From assembly GCA_963734725.1 (NCBI GenBank), contig CAVTIX010000027.1:14967-78966 (forward strand): DNA of 64,000 nucleotides, read 5' to 3'. The stretch is from an uncultured Actinomycetes bacterium. Lineage in GTDB: Bacteria > Actinomycetota > Actinomycetes > Streptosporangiales > Streptosporangiaceae. The notes below the pieces were generated by a model. The model saw only the letters and a program-made list of their open reading frames with translations, was not told the origin of the DNA and ran no database searches. Shown piece by piece: positions 38,573-48,053 of the stretch (position 1 is its first letter; each line of letters starts with the position of its first letter). The position numbers and the translations under genes were made by a program.

Positions 38573-39361
38573 ATGACTGAGGCGGCGGCAGTACCAGCAA
38601 GCTCGTTGCCCGGCGGCGTCGAGATGCCAATGATCGGGCTCGGGACTTGGCAGCTGCGCGGCCGGGCGGGACGCCAGGCGGTGCTCACCGCGCTCCAGGC
38701 CGGCTACCGGCACATCGACACCGCGACCATGTACGGCAACGAGAGCGAGGTCGGTCACGCCCTGGCCGAGAGCGGGCTGGACCGGGACTCGGTGTTCCTC
38801 ACCACCAAGCTGCCCTCCGGCCGCGCCGACCGGGAGCGCGCCACGCTGGCCGCCAGCCTCCGCGCGCTCGGCACCGACCGCGTGGACCTGTGGCTGGTGC
38901 ACTGGCCGCCGCCGGGCCGCAAGCTCTGCCACGTCTGGCAGGAACTCCTCAACCTGCGGGACGAGGGCCGGGTGCGCGCCGTGGGGGTCAGCAACTACTC
39001 GCTGGCGCAGATCGACCGGCTGGCTCAGGTCACCGGCGAGGCGCCGGCGGTCAACCAGATCCCGTGGGGCCCGGTCCGGCACGACCCTGGCCTGCTCGCC
39101 GCGCACACCGAGCGCGGTGTCGCGGTGGAGGGGTACAGCCCGCTCAAGGGGGCCAACCTGTCCGACCCGGTGCTGGCGGACATCGCCAAGGCTCACGGCG
39201 TCACGCCCGCGCAGGTGGTGCTGCGCTGGCATCTGGAGCATGGGATCACGGTGATCCCGAAGTCGGTCAACCCGGAGCGGATCGCCGCCAACTTCGACCT
39301 GATGCGGTTCTCACTGGACCAGGAACAGGTCGCCCAGGTGGACGCGCTGTCCCGGCGCTGA
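38573..39361 (+). CDS. Aldo/keto reductase (2,5-diketo-D-gluconate reductase-like)
   Basis: PMIGLGTWQL…GYRHIDTATMYGNE…LWLVHWP…AVGVSNY…NQIPW…VIPKSVNPERI. Confidence 0.85.
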   Translation: MTEAAAVPASSLPGGVEMPMIGLGTWQLRGRAGRQAVLTALQAGYRHIDTATMYGNESEVGHALAESGLDRDSVFLTTKLPSGRADRERATLAASLRALGTDRVDLWLVHWPPPGRKLCHVWQELLNLRDEGRVRAVGVSNYSLAQIDRLAQVTGEAPAVNQIPWGPVRHDPGLLAAHTERGVAVEGYSPLKGANLSDPVLADIAKAHGVTPAQVVLRWHLEHGITVIPKSVNPERIAANFDLMRFSLDQEQVAQVDALSRR

Positions 39362-39493
39362 CCGGGCGCTACCGGACTTTTGCCGCACGCCCCGCCAGGC
39401 AGCCAGGCGGCCGTGCTTTCGAGTGCCGCCGCCCGCCCACGCCACCACGCCGCGTGGCCCGGTTCAGTCCGCCCCGGCTGGCACTATGTGAGC

Positions 39494-40207
39494 ATGACCG
39501 CGGGCCAGTGGTGGCATCATCTGTCAGCCTGGGCCGCCCGGCAGGGCCAGCCACCGTCCCACGTCCTGGTCCTCGCCACCGGCCTGCTCGCGGCCGCCGC
39601 CGTGGCGTCGCGCCGGGTCTGGCCGGTGGCCCGCACCGTGGTGACCATCGCGCACGAGGGCGGGCACGCGCTGGCCGCCGTGGTGACCGGCCGCCGGCTG
39701 CACAGCGTGCGCGTGCTGCACAGCTCGGCTGGGGTGACGGTGTCCGAGGGCAGCCCGGCCGGCCCCGGCATCATCCTCACCGCGCTCGCCGGTTACCTGG
39801 CCGCGCCACTGCTCGGCCTGGGCGCAGCCGCCCTGCTGGCCGCGGGCCACCTGCTGACCGTGCTGCTGCTCACCCTGGCTGGCCTGGCCGGGCTCGCGAT
39901 TTCCGTTCGCAACGCCTACGGGCTGCTGGCCGTCTGCCTCACCGCGGCTGCGATCGTGGCGGTCCTCTGGCAGGGTTCCGCCCTGCCCGAGGCGGCGCTC
40001 GGGTATGTCATGGCGTGGTTCCTGCTCTTCGGCGGGCTGCGGCCGGTGCTCGAGCTGCGGCGCAGCAGGCGGCAGCGGCCGGGCGTCTCGAACGACGCCG
40101 ACCAGCTTGCCCGGCTCACCGGGTTGCCGGGCGGCCTCTGGGTGGGCGTGTTCGCCCTGGTCGCGGTGGGCGCCCTGGCGCTGGGCGGCTGGCTGCTGGT
40201 GTGGTAG
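39494..40207 (+). CDS. M50B-like membrane metallopeptidase
   Basis: HEGGHALAAVVTGRRL (HExxH) sits in the first of several TM segments. The start is the ATG at 39494 or the GTG at 39488. Confidence 0.75.
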   Translation: MTAGQWWHHLSAWAARQGQPPSHVLVLATGLLAAAAVASRRVWPVARTVVTIAHEGGHALAAVVTGRRLHSVRVLHSSAGVTVSEGSPAGPGIILTALAGYLAAPLLGLGAAALLAAGHLLTVLLLTLAGLAGLAISVRNAYGLLAVCLTAAAIVAVLWQGSALPEAALGYVMAWFLLFGGLRPVLELRRSRRQRPGVSNDADQLARLTGLPGGLWVGVFALVAVGALALGGWLLVW

Positions 40208-40458
40208 CTGCCCGCTCCTCGCCAGCCCCGGGATCCTGGCCAGCCGGCGCATCCGCGGTTCCGAGCACCGTCGTACGGCGCGTGGGATGAGCAGTTCTAC
40301 CCGGACGGGGTCGGCGCCTGGATGGCCAAGCTGGACGTGGCCGAGGGCGGCGGGATGAGCTTCGACGGGCGGTTCTTCCTGGAAGGCGAGGCGTTCCGCG
40401 GCCGGCGGGCGCACCAGGTGCGGCTGGAGGGCGGCGACGCCTCCAGCGACTCCTACTG

Positions 40459-42063
40459 CTACTCCTCCTGAGGGCGCGCCGGCCGTCCTGAGGGCGCGTC
40501 AAGATGACCCGGCTGGGCGGTGCCGCCGGCCGTCCGCCGTGGGACTTCCCTTACGGCCGGATGGGCGTCGTGGCCGACGACCACGGCGCGGTCTTCATGG
40601 CGCCTGCTAACAACGCCTGACCCTGTCGCGACGGGGACCTTGCCCTCGTCGGACATCAGCAGGTGCGCCGTGCGCGCGGCGGTGGCCCGGGCCCAGCGCC
40701 CGCTGGTGGCTAGGCCGGCCACCAGCACCAGGACGCCGCAGCCCGCGATGATCAGCCACGCACCGTGGCTGGCCGGGACGAACCCGGTGCGCAGCGGGCC
40801 GTGCAGGGCCGAAGCCACCGCGGACCCGGTCAGCGCGACGCCCAGTGACCCGCCCACCTGGCGGCTGGTCGAGGCCACCGCGGCGGCCACGCCGGCCTGG
40901 GCGCGCGGCATGCCGGAAACCGCGGTGTTGCTGATCGGCGGGTTCACCATGCCGTTGCCGATGCCGAAGGCGAGGTAGCCCAGCAGCAGCCAGGCCGTCG
41001 GCGTGGTGGCCGTGACGCCCCACATGAGCAGCGCGCCCGCCGTTGTCATCACCCCGGCTACCAGCAGCGGCAGCCGCGGCCCGCGGTGCCCGGTGATCCG
41101 CCCGGACAGGGGCGCCAGCAGCACGGTCATCGCCGCCATCGGCAGCGTGTACAGGCCCGCGTGCAGCGCGGACAACTGGCGCACGTCCTGGAGGTACAGC
41201 GTGTTGAGGAACAGGAAGCCGGCCAGCGCCGCGAACGCGCTGATCGCGATCAGCACGGCGCCGGTGAACGGCGCGCTGCGGAAAAACCGCAGATCCAGCA
41301 GGGGGTCCTTGCGGCGCGGCTCGTAGATGCCCAGGGCTGCCGCGGCGACTGCCGCGAGGGCGAACAACCCGATGATGACCGCCGAGCTCCAGCCCAGGCG
41401 CGGCCCCTCGATGATCGCGTAGGTCAGCGAGGCGAGCATGACGATGATCAGGACCTGGCCGACCGGGTCCACCCGGCGCGGGCGGGCGGCCCGGGACTCC
41501 GGCACGACCAGCGCGGTCAGCACGATGGCCGCGATCCCCACCGGGATGTTCACCCAGAAGATGCCCCGCCACCCCACGGTGGCGACGAGCACGCCGCCGA
41601 GCACCGGGCCCAGCGCCATGCTGAGGCCGAACACGGCGCCCCAGACGCCAAACGCCCTGGCCCGCTCCCGGTCGTCGGTGAACGTATTCGCGATGATCGA
41701 CAAGGCCACCGGGTTGAGCATCGACCCGCCGATGGCCTGCACCGCGCGGAACGCGATCAGCCAGCCCAGGCCGGGGGCCAGGCTGCACAGCAGCGAGCCG
41801 ATGGTGAAGGTGGCCAGGCCCACCTGGAACGTCCGCCGGCGGCCGACCCGGTCCCCGGTGGAACCCGCCAGTATCAGGAAGCTCCCCACGACCAGCGTGT
41901 AAGCGTCCACCGTCCACTGCAGGCCGGACACCGGGGCGTGCAGGTCGTGCTGGATCGACGGCAGCGCGATGTTCAGAATGGTGACGTCAAGGCCGACGAT
42001 GAACAGGCTCGAACAGCAGACGGCGAGCACCAGCAAGCGGCGGCGGCGGCTGAGTTCCGGCAC
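40459..42063 (-). CDS. MFS transporter, DHA2 (EmrB/QacA, 14-TMS) family
   Basis: GTG at 42063 with GAGGAA upstream. LDVTILNIALPSIQHDL, GSTGDRVGRRR and about 14 hydrophobic segments are present. The 1,180-aa ORF in the track is an upstream read-through artefact. Confidence 0.85.
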   Translation of the reverse strand: MPELSRRRRLLVLAVCCSSLFIVGLDVTILNIALPSIQHDLHAPVSGLQWTVDAYTLVVGSFLILAGSTGDRVGRRRTFQVGLATFTIGSLLCSLAPGLGWLIAFRAVQAIGGSMLNPVALSIIANTFTDDRERARAFGVWGAVFGLSMALGPVLGGVLVATVGWRGIFWVNIPVGIAAIVLTALVVPESRAARPRRVDPVGQVLIIVMLASLTYAIIEGPRLGWSSAVIIGLFALAAVAAAALGIYEPRRKDPLLDLRFFRSAPFTGAVLIAISAFAALAGFLFLNTLYLQDVRQLSALHAGLYTLPMAAMTVLLAPLSGRITGHRGPRLPLLVAGVMTTAGALLMWGVTATTPTAWLLLGYLAFGIGNGMVNPPISNTAVSGMPRAQAGVAAAVASTSRQVGGSLGVALTGSAVASALHGPLRTGFVPASHGAWLIIAGCGVLVLVAGLATSGRWARATAARTAHLLMSDEGKVPVATGSGVVSRRHEDRAVVVGHDAHPAVREVPRRTAGGTAQPGHLDAPSGRPARPQEE

Positions 42064-42135
42064 GCGTTCCTCGCTGTCAGGTAATAAGGCTGGTACTTGC
42101 GAACATACAACTAACTTCCGCGGCGCAGCCGCGCT

Positions 42136-44076
42136 GTGTCCAACCTCACCGGCGTGATTGACTGCGCACATGGCCACCGCCCCGGAACGATGACGCAACC
42201 GGAACAGGCCGCCGTCACGGCCGACCGGACGGCGTGGGGGCGGCACCTGCAGACACCGCTGCGGCAGTTCCTGCGCACCGAGACCGGCAGCGCCGCGGTC
42301 CTGCTCGCCGCCACGATCGGCGCGCTCGTCTGGACCAACCTGGACGCTGGCTCGTACGACACGCTGTGGCAAACGGAGATCTCGCTGCGGCTGGGCGGCT
42401 TGAGCATGTCCCAGGACCTGCACGGCTGGGTGAACACCGGCCTGATGACCTTCTTCTTCCTGGTGATCGGGCTGGAGGCGCGCCGTGAGTTCGACATGGG
42501 CGAACTGCGCGAGCGGCGCCGCTTCGCGATCCCGCTGGTGGCCGGTCTCGGCGGGATGGCCGTGCCGGTCGCGATCTTCCTGGCGGTGAACGCGGGCCGG
42601 CCGTCCGCGAGCGGGTGGGGAACGGCGATGTCCACCGACACCGCCTTCGCGCTTGGCATGCTGGCCCTGGTCGGCCCGAAGTCCGCGGACCGGCTGCGCA
42701 GCTACCTGCTGACCTTCGCCGTGGTGGACGACCTCGCCGCGATCGTGGTCATCGCGCTCGTCTACAGCCATCACATCGACGTCCGGGCGCTGGTGACCGG
42801 GCTCGCCGCCCTGGCCGCCGTCTTCCTGGCCAGGGCCGGCGGCCTGCGGCACGGCGTGCTGTACACCGGGCTGGGCGTGGTCGCGTGGATGGCGTTCTTC
42901 AAGTCCGGCGTGGACCCGGCGGTCACCGGGCTGGTGATCGGCCTGGCGACCCCCGCGTACCCGGCCGCGCGCAGCGACCTGGAACAGGCCATTACCCGGG
43001 TGCGCCGGTTCCGTGAGCAGCCGACGCCGGAGGCGGCCCGGGCGGCCAGCATCAGCCTGACCGAGTCCATCTCCCCGAACGAGCGGCTGCAGAACACGTT
43101 CCACCCGTGGGCGAGCTACGTGATCGTGCCGCTGTTCGCGCTCGGCAACGCCGGGCTGGTGATCACCGGGGCGTTCCTGGCCCGCGCGTTCACCTCGCCG
43201 GTGACGCTCGGCATCTTCGCCGGCTACGTGGCGGGCAAGCCGATCGGGACCGCGGGCGGGGCGTGGCTGGTGACCAAGCTGAGCCGCGGCCGGCTCCGGC
43301 TGCCGGCCGGCTGGGCCTCGGTGACCGGTGCGGGCACGATCGCCGGGGTCGGGGTCACCGTGTCCCTGCTCATCGCCGAGCTCGCGTTCCACGGCGAGCA
43401 ACTGGACCAGGCCAAGGCGGGCGTGCTGGCCGCGGCGATCGCCGCCGCCCTGCTCACCTGGGCGGTATTCCAGGTGACCAGCCTGCTCCCGAAACCGCTG
43501 CGGCTGCGGGCGCTGCTCGGCACGGCCACGGTGATCATCGACCTCGCCGCGCCGGTCAACCCGCGCCGCGACCATATCCGCGGCCCGAAGAACGCCCCGG
43601 TCACCGTGGTCGAGTACGGCGACTTCGAGTGCCCGTACTGCGGCCGGGCGGAGCCAGCCGTCCGGGAGCTGCTGGCGGACTTCGGGGACGTGCGTTACGT
43701 CTGGCGGCACCTGCCGCTCACCGACGTGCACCAGCACGCGCAGCTCGCCGCCGAGGCGGCCGAGGCCGCGGCCGCCCAGGACGCGTTCTGGGAGATGCAT
43801 GACGCGCTGCTGCGGCGCCAGGACGCGCTCCGCCCGGCCGACCTGATCCGTTACGCGACCGAACTGCGGCTCGACACCGAACGTGTCGTCCGCGACCTGC
43901 GTGATCACGCCTACGCCTCGCGTGTCGCCGAAGACGTCGACACCGCCGACCTCGGTTCGGTCTCGGGCACGCCGACGTTTTTCATCAACGGCCAGCGGCA
44001 CTACGGGGCCTACGACATCGACTCACTGAGACAGGCAGTGCGCACCGCGCGGGCCCTGGCGGCCATCGCCGTATAG
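42136..44076 (+). CDS. nhaA: Na+/H+ antiporter NhaA fused to a C-terminal DsbA-like thioredoxin domain
   Basis: The N-terminal ~420 aa form a NhaA-type membrane domain (…LVIGLEARREFDMGEL…VVDDLAAIVVIALVY…). The C-terminal ~200 aa carry VVEYGDFECPYCG and …GTPTFFING. Confidence 0.85.
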   Translation: MSNLTGVIDCAHGHRPGTMTQPEQAAVTADRTAWGRHLQTPLRQFLRTETGSAAVLLAATIGALVWTNLDAGSYDTLWQTEISLRLGGLSMSQDLHGWVNTGLMTFFFLVIGLEARREFDMGELRERRRFAIPLVAGLGGMAVPVAIFLAVNAGRPSASGWGTAMSTDTAFALGMLALVGPKSADRLRSYLLTFAVVDDLAAIVVIALVYSHHIDVRALVTGLAALAAVFLARAGGLRHGVLYTGLGVVAWMAFFKSGVDPAVTGLVIGLATPAYPAARSDLEQAITRVRRFREQPTPEAARAASISLTESISPNERLQNTFHPWASYVIVPLFALGNAGLVITGAFLARAFTSPVTLGIFAGYVAGKPIGTAGGAWLVTKLSRGRLRLPAGWASVTGAGTIAGVGVTVSLLIAELAFHGEQLDQAKAGVLAAAIAAALLTWAVFQVTSLLPKPLRLRALLGTATVIIDLAAPVNPRRDHIRGPKNAPVTVVEYGDFECPYCGRAEPAVRELLADFGDVRYVWRHLPLTDVHQHAQLAAEAAEAAAAQDAFWEMHDALLRRQDALRPADLIRYATELRLDTERVVRDLRDHAYASRVAEDVDTADLGSVSGTPTFFINGQRHYGAYDIDSLRQAVRTARALAAIAV

Positions 44077-44165
44077 GGCGTGTCCCGTAGGTCTATGCCG
44101 TCGCGAGCGGCTGTCATGAAGGGGGAATGGGGAGGCGGGCGGGGGATCGCAAGGCGGAGGAGGAG

Positions 44166-44184
44166 CCCATAGCGGAGCTATGGG
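44166..44184 (+). terminator. Small hairpin downstream of nhaA
   Basis: CCCATAGC-GGA-GCTATGGG (8-bp stem), about 90 nt after the nhaA stop. There is no U-tract. Confidence 0.3.
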
Positions 44185-44242
44185 CACGACGACAACGCCG
44201 CGAGCCGCCCGTCCGGCAGCCGCGCAGCAGGCTGAATGACCT

Positions 44243-45283
44243 ATGGGATATGCCCTAACCCGGCTCGCCACGGGTACCTTGGGCACGGCTCGTGGGATGG
44301 AAGACCGGCGCCCGCCGGTTGTTATTCATGACGAGGCCAACGCGTGGGAGGCTGTGAACATGGTGCCGGATGGGGAGGACCTCTACCAGGTCGACCCGGG
44401 CGTGGCGAAGCTTGACCAGGGGATCCTGCTGCATTACCTGGACGGATTCATCGACGCTGGCGCGGCGGGGCGGCTGCTCACCGCGCATCTGCTGGGCAGC
44501 CTGGACCACGAGGCGGTGGCGACGTTCGACGTGGACCGGCTGATCGACTACCGGTCCCGCCGCCCGCCGATGACCTACGACAAGGATCACTGGGAGTCCT
44601 ACGACGCCCCGGAGATCGCCATCCACCAGGTACGGGACAGCGCGGGGAAGACCTTCCTGATGCTGACCGGCCCCGAGCCCGACCACGAGTGGGAGCGGTT
44701 CACCAGCGCGGTCGCGACGGTGAGCAGCCGCCTCGGCGCAGAACTCGTCCTCGGGTTCCACGGCATTCCGATGGGCGTCCCGCACACCCGCCCGCTCGGG
44801 GTGACCGGGCACGGGACCACCCCCGAGCTGGCCGCCGGGTCCCGGCCGATCGTCGACCGCCTGCAGGTGCCGGGCAGCGCGGCCTCGCTGCTGGAACTGC
44901 GCCTGGGCGAGGAGAACCGGGCCGCGGGCGGCTTCGCCGTGCACGTGCCCCACTACCTGGCGCAGGCCGCCTACCCCGCGGCGGCCGTCACGCTGCTGGA
45001 GCGCGTGACCAGGGCCACCGGCCTGGCCCTGCCCGACGAGGCACTGCGCGACGCGGCCCAGCGCACCGACGAGGAGATCGCCCGGCAGGTGGAAGGCTCC
45101 GACGAGATCAGTGAACTGGTGCAGGCCCTGGAGCGGCAGTACGACGCGTTCGTGGACGCCTCCGGCGCGGAGGGCCTGCTGGCCGAGCCGGGGGCGGAGA
45201 TGCCCACGGCCGAGGAACTCGGCGCCCAGTTCGAGCGGTTCCTGGCCGAACAGCAGGGGCGCACCGACACCCCCGAGTCCTGA
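44243..45283 (+). CDS. PAC2 (proteasome assembly chaperone 2-like) family protein
   Basis: LYQVDPGVAKLDQGILLHYLDGFIDAGAAGRLLTAHLL… and FLMLTGPEPDHEWERF are typical of actinobacterial PAC2 proteins. The start may be the internal ATG near 44360. Confidence 0.7.
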   Translation: MGYALTRLATGTLGTARGMEDRRPPVVIHDEANAWEAVNMVPDGEDLYQVDPGVAKLDQGILLHYLDGFIDAGAAGRLLTAHLLGSLDHEAVATFDVDRLIDYRSRRPPMTYDKDHWESYDAPEIAIHQVRDSAGKTFLMLTGPEPDHEWERFTSAVATVSSRLGAELVLGFHGIPMGVPHTRPLGVTGHGTTPELAAGSRPIVDRLQVPGSAASLLELRLGEENRAAGGFAVHVPHYLAQAAYPAAAVTLLERVTRATGLALPDEALRDAAQRTDEEIARQVEGSDEISELVQALERQYDAFVDASGAEGLLAEPGAEMPTAEELGAQFERFLAEQQGRTDTPES

Positions 45284-45314
45284 TCAGCGAGAACACCACC
45301 GGCGGAGGCCCGGC

Positions 45315-46346
45315 ATGCTCTTCCCCACCTCGCTCGTTGGCAGCTACCCCCAGCCGGACTGGCTGATCGACCGGGAGCGGCTGGGCCATCGCTTCCCGCC
45401 CCGCGTCCGTGCCCGGGAACTGTGGCGGGTGAGCCCGGCCTACCTGGAGGAGGCCCAGCGGGACGCGACCCTGCTCGCCATCCGGGCGCAGGAGCAGGCG
45501 GGCCTGGACATCGTGACCGATGGCGAGATGTGCCGGGAGAGCTACTCCAACAGGTTCGCCACCGCGCTGGACGGGGTGGACATCGACAACCCGGGCACGG
45601 CGCTGGACCGCAGCGGGCACCCGAACCCGGTGCCGCGGGTCACCGGGCCGATCCGGCGCAAGCACTCGGTCGAGGCCCAGGACGTGGCGTTCCTGCGCGC
45701 GAACAGTGGCAAGACCATAAAGATCACCGTGCCCGGCCCGTTCACCATGGCCCAGCAGGCGCAGAACGACTACTACGCCAGCACTGAGGAACTCGCGCTG
45801 GGGTACGCCGAGGCCGTCAACGAAGAGGTCAGAGACCTGTTCGCAGCCGGGGCGGACATCGTCCAGCTGGACGAGCCCTACCTGCAGGCGCGGCCGGAGG
45901 AGGCACGCAAGTACGGCGTGGCCGCGCTCAACCGGGCGCTCGCCGGGATCAGCGGCACCACCGCGGTGCATCTGTGCTTCGGCTACGCGGCGATCATCCA
46001 CGACCGCCCGTCCGGCTACTCGTTCCTGCCCGAGCTCGCCGCCGCCGAGTGCGATCAGGTGTCGGTCGAGACGGCCCAGTCCGGCCTGGACTGCTCGGTG
46101 CTGGCGGAGCTCAGCGGCAAGACCGTGATCCTTGGCGTGCTCAGCCTGGGGGACCACACCGTGGAGAGCGCGGATGAGGTGGCTGCTCGGGTGCGGCGCG
46201 CGCTGCCCTATGTCCCCGCCGAACGCCTGGTGCTGGCGCCCGACTGCGGGATGAAATACCTGCCCCGCGACGTCGCGTTCGGCAAGCTGACCGCGATGAC
46301 CCAGGCCGCCGCCCGGCTGCGCGCCGAGCTCGGCTCCTCCTCCTGA
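45315..46346 (+). CDS. Cobalamin-independent methionine synthase (MetE C-terminal domain-like) family protein
   Basis: GGAGG lies upstream of the ATG at 45315. MLFPTSLVGSYPQPDWL…, DIVTDGEMCRESY, VHLCFGY and LAPDCGMKYLPRDVAFGKL (zinc-ligand contexts) are present. Confidence 0.8.
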   Translation: MLFPTSLVGSYPQPDWLIDRERLGHRFPPRVRARELWRVSPAYLEEAQRDATLLAIRAQEQAGLDIVTDGEMCRESYSNRFATALDGVDIDNPGTALDRSGHPNPVPRVTGPIRRKHSVEAQDVAFLRANSGKTIKITVPGPFTMAQQAQNDYYASTEELALGYAEAVNEEVRDLFAAGADIVQLDEPYLQARPEEARKYGVAALNRALAGISGTTAVHLCFGYAAIIHDRPSGYSFLPELAAAECDQVSVETAQSGLDCSVLAELSGKTVILGVLSLGDHTVESADEVAARVRRALPYVPAERLVLAPDCGMKYLPRDVAFGKLTAMTQAAARLRAELGSSS

Positions 46347-46385
46347 GCGCGTTACCCCCGGATTACCCCGCGCCCGGGTACCGGA

Positions 46386-47921
46386 TTACCCCCCGCCCGG
46401 GTCAAGGATGGCGACCGTCAGCCCGGCCGGGTTCACGGTGAGGTCTGTCTCAGAGGCCAGGCCGGTGCTGGAGCTCACGGTGACGCTCACCGTGACCGAC
46501 TGGCCCGCCGAGAGCGTGCCGGCCGAGGGCGAAACGGCTAGGTCCGCCGGAGACGGGTTGTCGATGCTGTAGGAGACCGTCCCGCCGGAGGCGGTGATGG
46601 TGAACGAGGCGGTGGCGGGGGTGCCGCTCAGCGTCACCGAACTGGGCGACACCGCCAGCGTGCCCGGGGACGGCGGCGGCGACTGCGACGGGCTCGGCGA
46701 CGGCTGGGTACGCCCGGGCGTGGGCGAGGACGTACGCGGCGACGGTTGCCCCCGTCCCCCTTGTCCCCTCTGCGAGGGCGTCGGCGACGGGGAGCCCGAC
46801 ACGGTGATGGTCAGGCCGATGTGCTGCTTGCCGCCGCCGCGGCTGCCCGGCCCCGACGGGGAAGGCGTCACGCCCTGATGCGAGTCGGCCGACAGCGGCG
46901 GCTGCGCGGCCGCGGCCGGCCCAACGGTCGCCGCGCTGGCCGCCGCCGGGCCCTGGTGGTCCAGCGCGCCCAGGGTGAGGACGGTGCCGGTGCCCAGGAG
47001 CATGGCGGCCGCAACGGCGGCGCACGCGGCGACGGTCAGCGCCGGTACCCCGTACACCCGCCGCTGCGGCGCGAGCGGCTTGGGGAAGCCGGAGCGGTCG
47101 AATGGCTCTGCCCGGCGGGCCACCATGGCGCGGTGTCTGTCCGCGGCCGGCGAGAGGTCGCCGGCCAGCCGGAGCACCTGCTCGCGCAAGCTGGCCGGGA
47201 TCGCCACCATGGGCAGCATGCTGAGCAGCATGGCCGCGCTCAGCTCACGGCGCTTGCGCTCACCACACACGTCGCAGTTCTCAAGATGCCGGTTCACCCG
47301 CTTGCCGAGCGCCCCAGCCAGCTCCCCCTCCCAATCCGCGAGGATGTCCTCGAGTTCCTCGCATTCCCCGCCGGTGCGGGCCGCCAGTAGCGCGCCCAGG
47401 GAACCCTCGAAATGGGCGCGCGCCCGCGACACGAGCGCGTGCGCCTGTTTGCGGGAGACGCCCAGGGCGTCGGCCAGGTCGTCGCCATCCAGGACGTGGC
47501 GCAGGTTCAGCTCTATGACCTCGCGATCCCCCGGATTGAGCCCGGACAGCGCGTCTACCACCAGGTCGCGCAGTTCCTCACGGTCCGGACTGAGCGCCAG
47601 GTCCGGGTCGTTCGAGGTAACCGCCACCGCCGTGGCGAGCGGAGCAGAGAGCCCGTGCGCCCGGAGGCGGCGGAAACACTCGTTGCGGGCCACCGCGTAC
47701 AGCCACGGGCGGAGCCGGTCCGGATCTTGCAGCCCGCCCAGCTTGACTACGGCGACGAGGTAGGTGTCCAGCACCGCGTCGGCCGCGTCAGCGGGCTCAC
47801 TGAGCAGCGTCCGGCAATACGCGTAGAGCGCAGGCGCGTAGTCGTCATAGGCAGCCGCGAGCCCGGCAGGGTCCCCTGCCACGATCGCTGCGACGATCTC
47901 CCCGTCTTGCACGGGTCTCAC
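46386..47921 (-). CDS. ECF-type sigma-70 factor fused to a zinc-finger anti-sigma-like segment, a TM helix and an extracytoplasmic Ig-like domain
   Basis: Sigma regions 2 and 4 (YAPALYAYCRTLL…RPWLYAVARNECFRRLR; …GDREVIELNLRHVLDGDDLADALGVSRKQAHALVSRAR). These are followed by HLENCDVCGERKRR, the TM segment PALTVAACAAVAAAMLLGTGTV, a P/S/T-rich linker, and LAVSPSSVTLSGTPATASFTITASGGTVSYSI…. The start is the GTG at 47921 or further upstream. Confidence 0.7.
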   Translation of the reverse strand: MRPVQDGEIVAAIVAGDPAGLAAAYDDYAPALYAYCRTLLSEPADAADAVLDTYLVAVVKLGGLQDPDRLRPWLYAVARNECFRRLRAHGLSAPLATAVAVTSNDPDLALSPDREELRDLVVDALSGLNPGDREVIELNLRHVLDGDDLADALGVSRKQAHALVSRARAHFEGSLGALLAARTGGECEELEDILADWEGELAGALGKRVNRHLENCDVCGERKRRELSAAMLLSMLPMVAIPASLREQVLRLAGDLSPAADRHRAMVARRAEPFDRSGFPKPLAPQRRVYGVPALTVAACAAVAAAMLLGTGTVLTLGALDHQGPAAASAATVGPAAAAQPPLSADSHQGVTPSPSGPGSRGGGKQHIGLTITVSGSPSPTPSQRGQGGRGQPSPRTSSPTPGRTQPSPSPSQSPPPSPGTLAVSPSSVTLSGTPATASFTITASGGTVSYSIDNPSPADLAVSPSAGTLSAGQSVTVSVTVSSSTGLASETDLTVNPAGLTVAILDPGGG

Positions 47922-48053
47922 CGTAGTTCGTCGCGGCGCCCGCTGCCACCTAGTCTCATATCCGTTATCCGCATGACGCCCTGCCGAGGTGTGATATAGG
48001 CCCGCCGGGGCGCCGTTGTGCACAAAAGGCGGCCGGCCCGGCGAGCCCGCGGG

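Noticed and set aside
42064-44001. N-terminal ~650 aa of the 1,180-aa minus-strand ORF 40459..44001
   Set aside because: This part lies antisense to the well-supported nhaA-dsbA fusion gene. The MFS transporter has a good GTG and ribosome-binding site at 42063, and the upstream part reads as low-complexity R/G/P-rich sequence.
44121-44145. G-quadruplex-type motif GGGGGAATGGGGAGGCGGGCGGGGG downstream of nhaA
   Set aside because: It fits the G3+N1-7 x4 pattern, but such runs are expected by chance in DNA this GC-rich. There is no supporting context.
46358-46402. Direct repeat CCGGATTACCCC(G/C)CGCCCGGGT x2 (23-bp period) between the convergent MetE-like and sigma genes
   Set aside because: The second copy overlaps the sigma gene's last codons (…DPGGG*). 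It is probably just a terminator-like CCCGG/CCGGG hairpin region, and I saw no further copies.
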